From NCBI GenBank assembly GCA_021817685.1, contig JAKAGD010000001.1, positions 1 through 28,321 on the forward strand: a stretch of DNA of 28,321 nucleotides, in the 5' to 3' direction. This stretch comes from a bacterium (lineage in GTDB: Bacteria; Patescibacteriota; Minisyncoccia; Phycocordibacterales; Phycocordibacteraceae). Within the stretch, counting starts at the first letter, position 1. Each line of letters begins with the position of its first letter. This document shows, piece by piece, positions 1-8,517 of this stretch. Below the pieces are notes generated by a model. The model did not search any database. It was not told the DNA's origin and saw nothing but the letters and a program-made list of their open reading frames with translations. The position numbers and the translations under genes were made by a program.

Positions 1-630
1 GGCAAGACGCCGTGGTATTGGCTCGACCAGGCCGGGTACACATACAGCTACGCGGGGCAGAACCTCGCGGTCAATTTCACCGACTCGGCAAATGTGGAGA
101 CGGCGTGGATGGAGTCGCCCGCGCACAAAGCGAACATCGTGAAGCGGGAATACACGCGCGTCGGGCTGGGCATCGCGAACGGCACGTACGAAGGGCAGGA
201 GACGACCTTCGTCGTGGAATTCTTCGCGGCGCCTCCGGCGCCCGCGGCTGAGAAGGTTGCGGTCGCGGCTCCCGCTCCGACCGAGCAGACGGCGGCGCCG
301 ACGACCTCCGCGCAGGTGCTCGGCAGTGAGACTGCAGCCGCCGCGCCTGCAGCTGCTCCGTCCGCTGCGCCGGGCTGGCTCGCGCGCCTCTTGGCTTCGC
401 CGCTTCACACGCTTACCACTCTTTTCACCATACTCTTTGCGCTCGTCGCTATTTCGTTCAGCGCCACCATCCTGATGCGCGGCAAGCTCCAGCATAAAAG
501 CGTCGTCTACGGCGGCGCGTTCCTGCTCCTCCTCATATCCGGAGCGTTGTTCGCAAGCGCCGTGCTCGCCGGCCCGGTCATGCTTCCCGCCGACAGCCAG
601 GCGGCAAGCGCCGTCACGGCTCTGCCGTAG
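1..630 (+). CDS. CAP (SCP/Tpx-1/Ag5/PR-1) domain protein, 5' partial, with Ala/Pro-rich linker and C-terminal TM helices
   Basis: Frame 1 is open from base 1: GKTPWYWLDQAGYTYSYAGQNLAVNF...AWMESPAHKANIV...VGLGIA, which are the CAP C-terminal motifs. Two hydrophobic helices lie near the C-terminus. Confidence 0.85.
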   Translation, partial: GKTPWYWLDQAGYTYSYAGQNLAVNFTDSANVETAWMESPAHKANIVKREYTRVGLGIANGTYEGQETTFVVEFFAAPPAPAAEKVAVAAPAPTEQTAAPTTSAQVLGSETAAAAPAAAPSAAPGWLARLLASPLHTLTTLFTILFALVAISFSATILMRGKLQHKSVVYGGAFLLLLISGALFASAVLAGPVMLPADSQAASAVTALP

Positions 631-637
631 CCGGCGG

Positions 638-733
638 CTAGCGCCCGCCTGAGACGAAGGCGGGGACGAAGAGGGTGGCTATCATTCCGATACCGAGGAG
701 GACGACGATGATGACTGCCAGTGCGCGTTTCAT
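638..733 (-). CDS. Small single-TM peptide, 31 aa (MKRALAVIIVVLLGIGMIATLFVPAFVSGGR)
   Basis: Not in the ORF track. ATG...TAG, basic N-terminus plus one hydrophobic helix, and an extended -10 (TGGTATCTT) 6 nt upstream of the ATG. Confidence 0.6.
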   Translation of the reverse strand: MKRALAVIIVVLLGIGMIATLFVPAFVSGGR

Positions 734-755
734 ACCGTGAAGATACCAGAAATCC

Positions 756-783
756 CGCGGACGGCAACGCCGTCCGCGTTTTT
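756..783. terminator. GC-rich hairpin, likely terminator downstream of the DoxX gene
   Basis: CGCGGACGGC-aac-GCCGTCCGCG (10-bp stem, 756-778) flanked by a T run on the + strand. Confidence 0.55.
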
Positions 784-788
784 AATCA

Positions 789-1823
789 TTAGAGCACCGG
801 TTCCCGCCCGTCCCGTTTGAAGAAGCGCCCTTCGAGCGTGTATGCGTCGTACCCGTAGAAGATGAAGGAGATGGGGATGCCGATGAGAATGAGATGCGGC
901 CAGACCACCTCGCCGAAGTACCAGAGCGAGAGCGAGAGCCAGAACAGCAGGAAAAGCGACGTAAAGCGTATCTCAATGCCGAGGATGAAGAATGTGGCGA
1001 TGAGTATCTCAATGATGGCGGCGCCAAGCACCAGGAAGTGCGGTTCAAAGCCGAAGAAGTGCACGACCGCCGGATATGCGGCGGCGACGCTGAGTGCAAG
1101 ATTGTTGTGGATGATCTTCGCATAAATGGACGCGTAGAGGAGGCTTATGCCGAAGGCGACGCGGAGGATGAAGAACGAATACGGAGCGAGCTTCTGTTTG
1201 ATGCGGAGGAGCAGCGCGGAATCATCTTGTTTGGGATGGAAGGCGAGTATATGCGCGCCGAGGATGAACGTGAGGATAAGTTCGCCCATGTAGTTCGCAT
1301 AGGTCAGCATGTACACGCCGTGCGCCGCTATTTCAATACCGAACAGCACCGCCGCGGCGAGCGCGGCAACACGCACATAGAAGCCAATGATGAACATCGC
1401 TCCGATGGCGACGAGAAGCGCGGTTACGAGGCCGGCATAGCCGCCAAAGGTCGCCGCGAGCGGGAGTTCCGGCCCAAACAGCGCCTGATAGTACGCGGCG
1501 GCGAGGAAGGAGAGCCCGATAGTGATGCGGCCGATAAGCGGCGCATAGGGTGGAAGCTTGGCGAGCAAGGGATCCAGGACGCGTTCAAGCGCGCGCGACA
1601 CGGAGACGAAGAAGACCACGAATATGACGAGCGCGGCGATGAATCCCCAGAGCACGAACTGGTCGATGTTCTGGAATATCACGCCCCATTCGGAGAATGC
1701 TGGCATTGCGAGCGCCTCCCGGGTAGTAGAGGCGGGCAGTACATACACTTCGTGCGCGGAGGCGAGCGCGGGCGCCGCAAACGCGGCGAGCGGCGCGAGG
1801 ATGCGGATGAATGAGAAGCGCAT
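789..1823 (-). CDS. Polytopic membrane protein with two DoxX-like repeats and an N-terminal signal-like segment
   Basis: Start reassigned to MRFSFIRIL (ATG 1823), 4 nt after the upstream stop. Two units: PLIGRITIGLSFL...IIGFYVR and FFILRVAFGISLL...EILIATFFILGIEIR. Confidence 0.75.
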   Translation of the reverse strand: MRFSFIRILAPLAAFAAPALASAHEVYVLPASTTREALAMPAFSEWGVIFQNIDQFVLWGFIAALVIFVVFFVSVSRALERVLDPLLAKLPPYAPLIGRITIGLSFLAAAYYQALFGPELPLAATFGGYAGLVTALLVAIGAMFIIGFYVRVAALAAAVLFGIEIAAHGVYMLTYANYMGELILTFILGAHILAFHPKQDDSALLLRIKQKLAPYSFFILRVAFGISLLYASIYAKIIHNNLALSVAAAYPAVVHFFGFEPHFLVLGAAIIEILIATFFILGIEIRFTSLFLLFWLSLSLWYFGEVVWPHLILIGIPISFIFYGYDAYTLEGRFFKRDGREPVL

Positions 1824-1827
1824 AGGG

Positions 1828-3555
1828 TTACGCGGTCGGATGGATGAGGTCGCGTCTGATATCGTCAAACGTGCCGCCGACCTTCTTGCCGGGGTTGAGG
1901 ATATTCTGCGGGTCAAAGACCTTCTTCGTCCGCTCAAACAGCGCGATCATCTCGGGACCGAACAGCATCGGCAGATACGGCGTGCGCACGATGCCGTCAT
2001 TGTGTTCGCCGGTCGTGGTGCCGCCCGCCTCAATGACCATTTTGTACACCTTGGGCGCGAGGTCCAGGATGACCGCGCGGTTCTCTTCTTTCGTGAGGTC
2101 CATCAAAGGGATGATGTGGATGTTCCCGTCGCCGATGTGGCCTGCGACCGTGTAGATCATATTGTCTTTGTATTCGTCCAAAAGAGCGTTCAGTTTGGGC
2201 AGAAAGGTCGGGTAGCTTGAGGGCGGGACGACGAAGTCGTCGATGAACGGCGAGGAGACGAGTCCGTGGAGATTCTTGCGCAAGAGGTTGAAGCTTTCGC
2301 GGCGGACTATCCAATACTTCTCCGATTCTTTCTCGTCTTTTTCTATCTTGGTCTGCACGTCGAGTCCGACGAGCGCGTCCTGTGCGACTTTGGCGCGGCG
2401 GTCGGCTTCCTCAATAGTATCTTCCGCGAATTCCGCCATCAGGATGAGCTTCGGCACGCCGCCGGTGGCCACCATCGCCGCCTCGGGGATGAAATCGATG
2501 CCGAGCCGCGCCGCCTTCACGAGCCCCATTTGCGAGAGCATCTGCGGGAGGAATTTCACCGCGAGCGTGAACGTATGGTCGTCGTAGCTCTCAAATGATT
2601 CCGGGTGCTGGGGCAGGACGCGACTCACTATTTCCGGCAGGATATCCAGATTGGAAAGGAAGATGACCAGCATGGCGCGATGCCCTTTGGGCGAAACGAG
2701 CGCGAGCTTCGCTTTCGTCCAGAGCGCGAGCGTGCCCTGCGAACCGCAGATGAGCTTTGCGAGGTTGAGGCTGCCCGTCGCCGCATCACGGATGCTCCAG
2801 AGCGCGTAGCCGGCGGAGTTCTTGGAGACTTTCGGGCGGTGAGTCTCGATGAGCGCGGCGTTCTCGGTGACGAGCGCGTCCATCTCGCGGTAAATGGCGC
2901 CCTCGAGCGTTTGGAGCTGTTTCTTATCTTCAACCTCCGCGCGCGTGAGCGATTTAAAGGTAGTTTGCGAGCCGTCGGAGAGGACGACGTCGAGCTCCTC
3001 CACGTACCGTTCCGTCTTGCCGTATTTGAGCGTGCGCTCGCCGCCGGAATTGTTCGCCACGATGCCGCCCATGGCGGCTATCTCGCGGCTGGCGGGGTAG
3101 GAGGGCATCATCAAACCTTTTTCCAGAGTCGCCTTTTCAAAATCCCGGTAGAAAACTCCCGGTTCCGTCACCGCGTAACCGTCGTGCGGTTGTTCGACCG
3201 CCAAGTCGGGCGTATAGCCGCGCGGAAGTCCGGCCTCCACGCGGGAAACGACTTCAAGAACGCGGTTCATATGCTTCGTAAATGAGACCACGACGCCGGT
3301 GGTCAAGGGGCCGCCGGACATATCCGTGCCGGCGGAGCGCGCCGCCAAAGAAATATCCGCGCCCGCAGCGCGGGCGCGGCCCACCTCCTTCACAACGGCG
3401 CTCACGTCATTTGCATCCTCCGGATACACGACGAGTTCCGGCATGCGCGTGAACAAGGACGTGTCCCGGCTCAACTTTTTAAGCGTTTCCGCGTCGTCCG
3501 ATACTTCTCCGCGCATCGCGCCCGCAAGCGCGTTCCTGAGTTCTTCAGTGGTCAT
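1828..3555 (-). CDS. FAD-linked oxidoreductase (GlcD / D-lactate dehydrogenase family)
   Basis: ARSAGTDMSGG, MGGIVANNSGG, GSQGTL, HIGDGNIH, GEHNDG and FDPQNILNPGK motifs of the FAD_binding_4 and FAD-oxidase_C domains. No Fe-S domain. Confidence 0.9.
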   Translation of the reverse strand: MTTEELRNALAGAMRGEVSDDAETLKKLSRDTSLFTRMPELVVYPEDANDVSAVVKEVGRARAAGADISLAARSAGTDMSGGPLTTGVVVSFTKHMNRVLEVVSRVEAGLPRGYTPDLAVEQPHDGYAVTEPGVFYRDFEKATLEKGLMMPSYPASREIAAMGGIVANNSGGERTLKYGKTERYVEELDVVLSDGSQTTFKSLTRAEVEDKKQLQTLEGAIYREMDALVTENAALIETHRPKVSKNSAGYALWSIRDAATGSLNLAKLICGSQGTLALWTKAKLALVSPKGHRAMLVIFLSNLDILPEIVSRVLPQHPESFESYDDHTFTLAVKFLPQMLSQMGLVKAARLGIDFIPEAAMVATGGVPKLILMAEFAEDTIEEADRRAKVAQDALVGLDVQTKIEKDEKESEKYWIVRRESFNLLRKNLHGLVSSPFIDDFVVPPSSYPTFLPKLNALLDEYKDNMIYTVAGHIGDGNIHIIPLMDLTKEENRAVILDLAPKVYKMVIEAGGTTTGEHNDGIVRTPYLPMLFGPEMIALFERTKKVFDPQNILNPGKKVGGTFDDIRRDLIHPTA

Positions 3556-3603
3556 ATGAGGACAGTATACCAGCCGCTCTCGGCGCCGGCGTATACTTAG
3601 TGC

Positions 3604-3756
3604 ATGATAAAGAAGATCGCCGGGAAGTACGTCGTGGTGGGCGAGACGAAAACTTCAAGCGGGAAAGTGCGGAAATTCGGCACCTACAACACGCTCGCCG
3701 AGGCGAAGGAGCGCCTGCGCGAGGTGGAGTTTTTCAAGCATCGGGCGACGAAATAA
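3604..3756 (+). CDS. Small basic protein, 50 aa (MIKKIAGKYVVVGETKTSSGKVRKFGTYNTLAEAKERLREVEFFKHRATK)
   Basis: Not in the ORF track. TATACT lies 6 nt before the ATG, codon usage matches neighbouring genes, and it fills the gap before the next gene. Confidence 0.7.
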   Translation: MIKKIAGKYVVVGETKTSSGKVRKFGTYNTLAEAKERLREVEFFKHRATK

Positions 3757-3773
3757 TCTGCTATGCTTCCGGT

Positions 3774-4268
3774 ATGAAAGAATACGCGGTCATCATTGCC
3801 GTACTCGCGCTGGTCCTCATAGGAGGGCTCTGGGCGGTGAATACTCCCATGGCGAAACCGGGTAAGGCGTGCACACAGGAGGCGAAGCTCTGTCCCGACG
3901 GTTCGGCCGTCGGGCGCAGCGGGCCGAATTGCGAATTCGCCGCGTGCCCGTCGCCCGCCGGCCCGGTAACTCTTGAAGTCCGGATAGGGAAGGAGGTCGC
4001 CGGCCTCGGCGTGCGCATCGCTCCGATTTCCCTGCTCCAGGACAGCCGGTGCCCGATCGACGTGGTGTGCATCCAGGCGGGGACCGTTAAAATGCGGGCG
4101 CGCCTCGCGAGCGGCCTGGGCACTTCGACGCAGGAATTTACGCTCGGCCGGCCGATCACCACAGAGGCGGAGACGGTTACTTTGACGGCTGTCCTACCGC
4201 AACCGATGGCGGGGGTAAAAATAAAAGAAAGCGAATACGTGTTTCGGTTTGAGATAGCGAAACGTTAG
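3774..4268 (+). CDS. Membrane-anchored exported protein with two Cys-rich modules
   Basis: Start reassigned to MKEYAVII (extended -10 TGCTATGCT 6 nt upstream). N-terminal TM helix; CTQEAKLCPDGSAVGRSGPNCEFAACP and DSRCPIDVVCIQAG modules. Confidence 0.75.
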   Translation: MKEYAVIIAVLALVLIGGLWAVNTPMAKPGKACTQEAKLCPDGSAVGRSGPNCEFAACPSPAGPVTLEVRIGKEVAGLGVRIAPISLLQDSRCPIDVVCIQAGTVKMRARLASGLGTSTQEFTLGRPITTEAETVTLTAVLPQPMAGVKIKESEYVFRFEIAKR

Positions 4269-4326
4269 TTATACACCCGCGCCGAGGCCGCACTCCCTCC
4301 GGAGCGGTACAATACAGAGAGTCCGT

Positions 4327-5895
4327 ATGCGTAAAATCTCCTACTACATCGTCGCGATTGTTGTGGCGGGCATTGCCGTCACTTCTTTTTGGGTATACCA
4401 GCGCTATTTTAGATCCGCCGAACAGCCGTTCCTGTACTTCACGGCGGACCGCGGCGACATTCAGGAAGCGATAAAGGTCAGGAGCGAAGTGGTCGCGCAG
4501 AAAGAGTTCGAACTGGAGTTCCCGTTCTCGGGGACGGTTGAGGCGGTGTATGTGCACGACGGCGACTCGGTGCTCGGCGGACAGCGCCTGATGAAGCTGA
4601 GTACGGCGGACCTTAATATCCAGGCGAAGGAGCTTTCAGCGGTAGTGGTCCAGCGCAGGGCGGACCTGGCGAAGCTTCTGTCCGGAGCGACGGCCGAGGA
4701 TGTCACCGTATCGGAATCCCAGCTTGCCGCCGCCCGGGTCGGCCAAGAGGAAGCGAGGGCGAATATCATCGACAAGTTGCGGGACGCGTACGCCAAGTCG
4801 GATGATGCGGTCCGCACAAAGACCGACCAGCTCTTTGATAATCCGCACAGCACCGCCCCTTCGCTCAATATTCCCGCCGGCGAGAGCGTGAAGAGCGACC
4901 TTAATTTCCAGCGCGGCGCGCTGGAAACGATGCTTTCCGATTGGAACGCCTCGCTCTCGACGCTTGCGACTTCGAGCGACCCGACCGGCCCCGTGCAAAC
5001 CGCCGAGCGGAATATGACGCTCATCTCGGTGTTCCTCAACACGCTGTCGCCGGTGGTGAGCAACCTCACGGCGAATGCCGGGTTGTCGCAGGCGACCATC
5101 GACAAATACCGGACCGACGTGTCCGCCGCGCGCGTCGCCATGAATGCGGCGATGGCGAGCCTCGTCGCCGCCGAAGAGAAATACAACTTGGCGCAAGCGA
5201 ACGTGACGCTCTATGAGAAGGAACTGGTGTTAAAGCAGGCGCCGGCGCGGAGCGAAGACGTCCAGATAGCGCAAGCGCGGGTCGCCGAGGCCGAGGGCCA
5301 ATTGCAGGCGGTAGAGGAGAACATCAATAAATCGACGCTTTCCGCGCCGTCGGCGGGGAAGGTGTCAAAGGTGAATTATGAGGTCGGCGAAGTGTTCCGT
5401 CCCGGGCAGTCGGCGCTGTCGATGGTGACGGACGGCTACAAATTGCAGTCGGATGTTTCCGAATTGGATATTGCGAAGATCAGCGAACAGGACGGCAACG
5501 CCGTGCGCATAACGCTTGATGCGTTCCCGGGCAAGCAATTCGAAGGGCAGGTCGTGTCGGTAGACGCAAAGGAAGTGGTCAAGACGGAAGACAAGTATTA
5601 CCGCGTCAACATCATATTCGATGCCGGCGGCGCGAACATCCGCTCCGGCATGAGCGCCGACGCGACCATCCTTTCCGGCCTCAAGAAAGGCGTCCTGCGC
5701 GTGCCGGCGCTCGCGGTGTATTCGGACGGCGCGACGAAGTACGTGAAGGCGCTCCTGCCGGGCCTCTCCAAGGCGGTCTCCGAGGAATCGGTGAAGCGGA
5801 TCGATGTACGGACCGGCATCACCGACGGCGACTTCGTGGAAATAACGGGCGGCGACCTCCGGGAAGGGCAGACGGTCGTCGTGTCCGCCGAGTGA
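4327..5895 (+). CDS. Membrane fusion / periplasmic adaptor subunit (MacA/HlyD/YknX-like)
   Basis: N-terminal TM anchor, lipoyl halves (FPFSGTVEAVYVHDGD; LSAPSAGKVSKVNYEVGE), long alpha-helical insert, C-terminal VRTGITDGDFVEITGGDLREGQTVV. Confidence 0.85.
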   Translation: MRKISYYIVAIVVAGIAVTSFWVYQRYFRSAEQPFLYFTADRGDIQEAIKVRSEVVAQKEFELEFPFSGTVEAVYVHDGDSVLGGQRLMKLSTADLNIQAKELSAVVVQRRADLAKLLSGATAEDVTVSESQLAAARVGQEEARANIIDKLRDAYAKSDDAVRTKTDQLFDNPHSTAPSLNIPAGESVKSDLNFQRGALETMLSDWNASLSTLATSSDPTGPVQTAERNMTLISVFLNTLSPVVSNLTANAGLSQATIDKYRTDVSAARVAMNAAMASLVAAEEKYNLAQANVTLYEKELVLKQAPARSEDVQIAQARVAEAEGQLQAVEENINKSTLSAPSAGKVSKVNYEVGEVFRPGQSALSMVTDGYKLQSDVSELDIAKISEQDGNAVRITLDAFPGKQFEGQVVSVDAKEVVKTEDKYYRVNIIFDAGGANIRSGMSADATILSGLKKGVLRVPALAVYSDGATKYVKALLPGLSKAVSEESVKRIDVRTGITDGDFVEITGGDLREGQTVVVSAE

Positions 5896-6764
5896 GCGTT
5901 ATGAAGGCGCTCCCTCCAGAGAGCCGCGACCCCGTGTGCGGGATGGACCTCTCGGGCTCCACCGATTTCGTCGAGGCGAAGGTCGCCGGCGGGCATTTCT
6001 ATTTTTGCAGCGAACCGTGCGCAAAGCGATTCAAGACCGACCCGGAGCGATTCCAGGGCGAGCCGATGATACACCTGCACGACGTGTGGAAAGTGTTCCA
6101 CGACGGCGGCGTGGTGACCGAGGTGCTCCGCGGCATCAACGTCCACATCTGGGACGGCGATTTCACCGTCATCATCGGCGCGTCCGGCTCCGGCAAGAGC
6201 ACGCTCTTGAATATGATAGGGCTTTTGGACAAGCCGACCTCGGGCATCCTGAACCTGGACGGGAAAGACATAACTGCGACGACCGACGACGAACGCACGG
6301 TATTGCGGTCGGAAAAATTCGGCTTCGTGTTCCAACAGTACAATCTCATCCCGTGGCTCACCGCATATGACAATGTGACACTGCCCATGATCTTCTCCGA
6401 GACGAGGGACGGCATGCGGCGCGAGGTCCTGGAGCGGCATTTCGGCGATATCGGGCTCGGCGAGCGAATGGACCACCGCCCGACCGAACTCTCCGGCGGG
6501 GAGCAGCAGCGCGTCGCGCTCCTGCGCGCGCTTGCGAACGACCCCGAGATCATCATCGGCGACGAGCCGACCGGGAACTTGGATTCTGTGACCGGCGACA
6601 AGATACTGGACATGCTCATCACGCTCAACAAGACGGAGAAAAAGACGCTCATCATCGTGACGCACGATGCCGACATTGCGCTCAAGGCGGACCAGGTCAT
6701 CACGCTTAGGGACGGGAAGACCATTCCGGGCCACCTTCGGCACACGAAGACCTATACCGACTGA
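5892..6764 (+). CDS. ABC transporter ATPase (MacB/LolD type) with N-terminal YHS domain
   Basis: Walker A GASGSGKS, signature LSGGEQQR, Walker B IIIGDEPTGNLD, H-loop VTHD. N-terminal DPVCGM...FYFCSEPCAKRF...P. Start is GTG 5892 (overlapping the upstream TGA) or ATG 5901. Confidence 0.9.
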   Translation: MSVMKALPPESRDPVCGMDLSGSTDFVEAKVAGGHFYFCSEPCAKRFKTDPERFQGEPMIHLHDVWKVFHDGGVVTEVLRGINVHIWDGDFTVIIGASGSGKSTLLNMIGLLDKPTSGILNLDGKDITATTDDERTVLRSEKFGFVFQQYNLIPWLTAYDNVTLPMIFSETRDGMRREVLERHFGDIGLGERMDHRPTELSGGEQQRVALLRALANDPEIIIGDEPTGNLDSVTGDKILDMLITLNKTEKKTLIIVTHDADIALKADQVITLRDGKTIPGHLRHTKTYTD

Positions 6765-6765
6765 T

Positions 6766-7971
6766 ATGCTGAACGACTTTTTACGGCTCACCTTCAAAGG
6801 AATACGCTACCGGCCGCTCCGGAGCTGGCTCACCGTCATCGGCATCATCATCGGCATCATGCTGGTGGTCATCATCCTTTCCCTTTCCGGCGGGCTGAAG
6901 AATATCGTCAACAAACAACTGCAGATGTTCGGCAGCGATCTGCTCATGATATTGCCCGGAGAGGAATCCAACATCATCCTCGGATTTGTCGGCGGGCAGA
7001 AGTTCAACTATGCCGACATCACGGACCTGGGCCGCATACCGGGCGTCAAAGTGGCGGCGCCGTTCGACGTCGGCACCCTGAATGCCGAGGTCAAGGGCGA
7101 GAAGAAGGCCGTCTTCGTGCACTCCTCGCGCTGGGACGTGTTGCGCCCCATTTTTGAGGAATCCATGGGCGTGGCGCTTTCCGACGGCGCGTGGCCGAAG
7201 GCCGAGGACAGCAATGAGATCATGCTCGGTTACCTGGCGGCCAATACGCTCTTCAAGACCAAGGTACGCGCCGGCGACGAGATCATTATTCAATCAAAGC
7301 GCTTGCGCGTCGCCGGCGTCTTCCAGACGATGGGGAACCGCGACGACGATAATTCGTTCTACATGTCGTGGGACCTGTTCCACCTCATTTCCGGAGTGAA
7401 GCCGGGAGCGATGACCGCGATCGTCCGGGTAGAGCAGGGCTATAGCGCGGACCTTGTCGCCCGCATGGTGCGGTTCGAACTGCAGAAGCAGAAGGAGGTG
7501 GAGGAGTTCACGATACTCACGCCGGTCAAAACCACCGCCATCGTCGGCAATATCATCGGGGTCGTGGAATTGGTGCTCGTCATCATCGCGCTCGTATCGC
7601 TTCTCGTCGGAGCGGTCGGCATCATGAACACGATGTACACGTCCGTGCTGGAGCGCACGAAACAGATCGGCATTATGAAGGCGGTCGGCGCTTCCCGCGA
7701 CGCCATCATGTCGCTCTTCCTTATCGAGTCGGGCATCATCGGGCTTGTGGGCGGATTCCTCGGCATCGTGCTCGGGCTCTTGGTGAGTTGGGGCATCGGC
7801 ATCGCGGGGGCGAGCTATGGCGCGCCCGGCCTTTTCAGTCTCGCCTCCGTTGACTACCTTGAATTGCTGGTCATCCTCATCATTACCTTCATCACCGGCG
7901 TGCTTTCCGGCGTGCTCCCGGCCCGCGCGGCAAGCCGAATGGAACCGGCCGAAGCGCTTCGGTATGAATAA
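6766..7971 (+). CDS. ABC transporter permease (MacB/FtsX family)
   Basis: Start reassigned to MLNDFLRL, 1 nt after the ATPase stop. RSWLTVIGIIIG, GIMNTMYTSVLERTKQIGIMKAVGAS, and PARAASRMEPAEALRYE. Confidence 0.9.
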   Translation: MLNDFLRLTFKGIRYRPLRSWLTVIGIIIGIMLVVIILSLSGGLKNIVNKQLQMFGSDLLMILPGEESNIILGFVGGQKFNYADITDLGRIPGVKVAAPFDVGTLNAEVKGEKKAVFVHSSRWDVLRPIFEESMGVALSDGAWPKAEDSNEIMLGYLAANTLFKTKVRAGDEIIIQSKRLRVAGVFQTMGNRDDDNSFYMSWDLFHLISGVKPGAMTAIVRVEQGYSADLVARMVRFELQKQKEVEEFTILTPVKTTAIVGNIIGVVELVLVIIALVSLLVGAVGIMNTMYTSVLERTKQIGIMKAVGASRDAIMSLFLIESGIIGLVGGFLGIVLGLLVSWGIGIAGASYGAPGLFSLASVDYLELLVILIITFITGVLSGVLPARAASRMEPAEALRYE

Positions 7972-7974
7972 CCT

Positions 7975-8439
7975 ATGCCTATAAAAACAACGCTCCTCAT
8001 TCAGTCGCTCTTTCTTTTCGCGGGGACCATATTTTCCTGGTCAAAGCTCTTTCCGCAGTTCCTCAACTTCCAAGCGCTTTACGGCACGGTATTCCGATTC
8101 AACGACCTTTCCGTGCCGAACCCGTTTTTAACCGCCTGCCTGTACGGCTCGCTCGCGTTCCTTGCCGCGCTCTATTGGTCGCTCCGCGTCTACCAGCGGC
8201 CGCAGTGGGGAAGCGGGCGGGCGCTCCGGAATTTTCTCCTGTTCTGCGTCGTGTTCGCCGGCTCCGTGTTCCTCTATGAAGCGGCCGACTACTACAAACT
8301 GCTCGGCGCGGGCGCCGTCTCGGTGAGCTGCAATCCGGGCACGCCGCCGCTGGAGACCCCGTGCTTCACCGGCATGCTGTTCTTCGTCGCGGCGTTCGTT
8401 GCCTCCGTTTTTTCCGCTCGCCGTTTGCGGCCGCTCTGA
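7975..8439 (+). CDS. Four-TM membrane protein with internal duplication and four Cys
   Basis: Starts 3 nt after the permease stop. Hydrophobic segments and two similar halves. Confidence 0.75.
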   Translation: MPIKTTLLIQSLFLFAGTIFSWSKLFPQFLNFQALYGTVFRFNDLSVPNPFLTACLYGSLAFLAALYWSLRVYQRPQWGSGRALRNFLLFCVVFAGSVFLYEAADYYKLLGAGAVSVSCNPGTPPLETPCFTGMLFFVAAFVASVFSARRLRPL

Positions 8440-8449
8440 GTTATGCACT

Positions 8450-8480
8450 TACCGCCGCCCAGCTTCGTGGGGCGGCGGTA
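8450..8480. terminator. Hairpin after the ABC operon
   Basis: TACCGCCGCCC...GGGCGGCGGTA, 11-bp stem; no clear U-tract. Confidence 0.45.
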
Positions 8481-8517
8481 TCATGAACGGTATTAACCGA
8501 GTAATCGCATTTCCATC

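Noticed and set aside
230-370. Ala/Pro-rich repetitive DNA in the CAP gene
   Set aside because: Low-complexity protein linker with no discrete nucleotide repeat unit.
3600-3773. ORF-track N-terminal extension of the 3600-4268 ORF, and similar extensions at 1937, 6667, 8693, 16286, 18045, 21336, 22033, 27150 and 27727
   Set aside because: The extensions overlap other genes or promoters. Downstream starts fit -10 or SD spacing, operon junctions and domain boundaries better.
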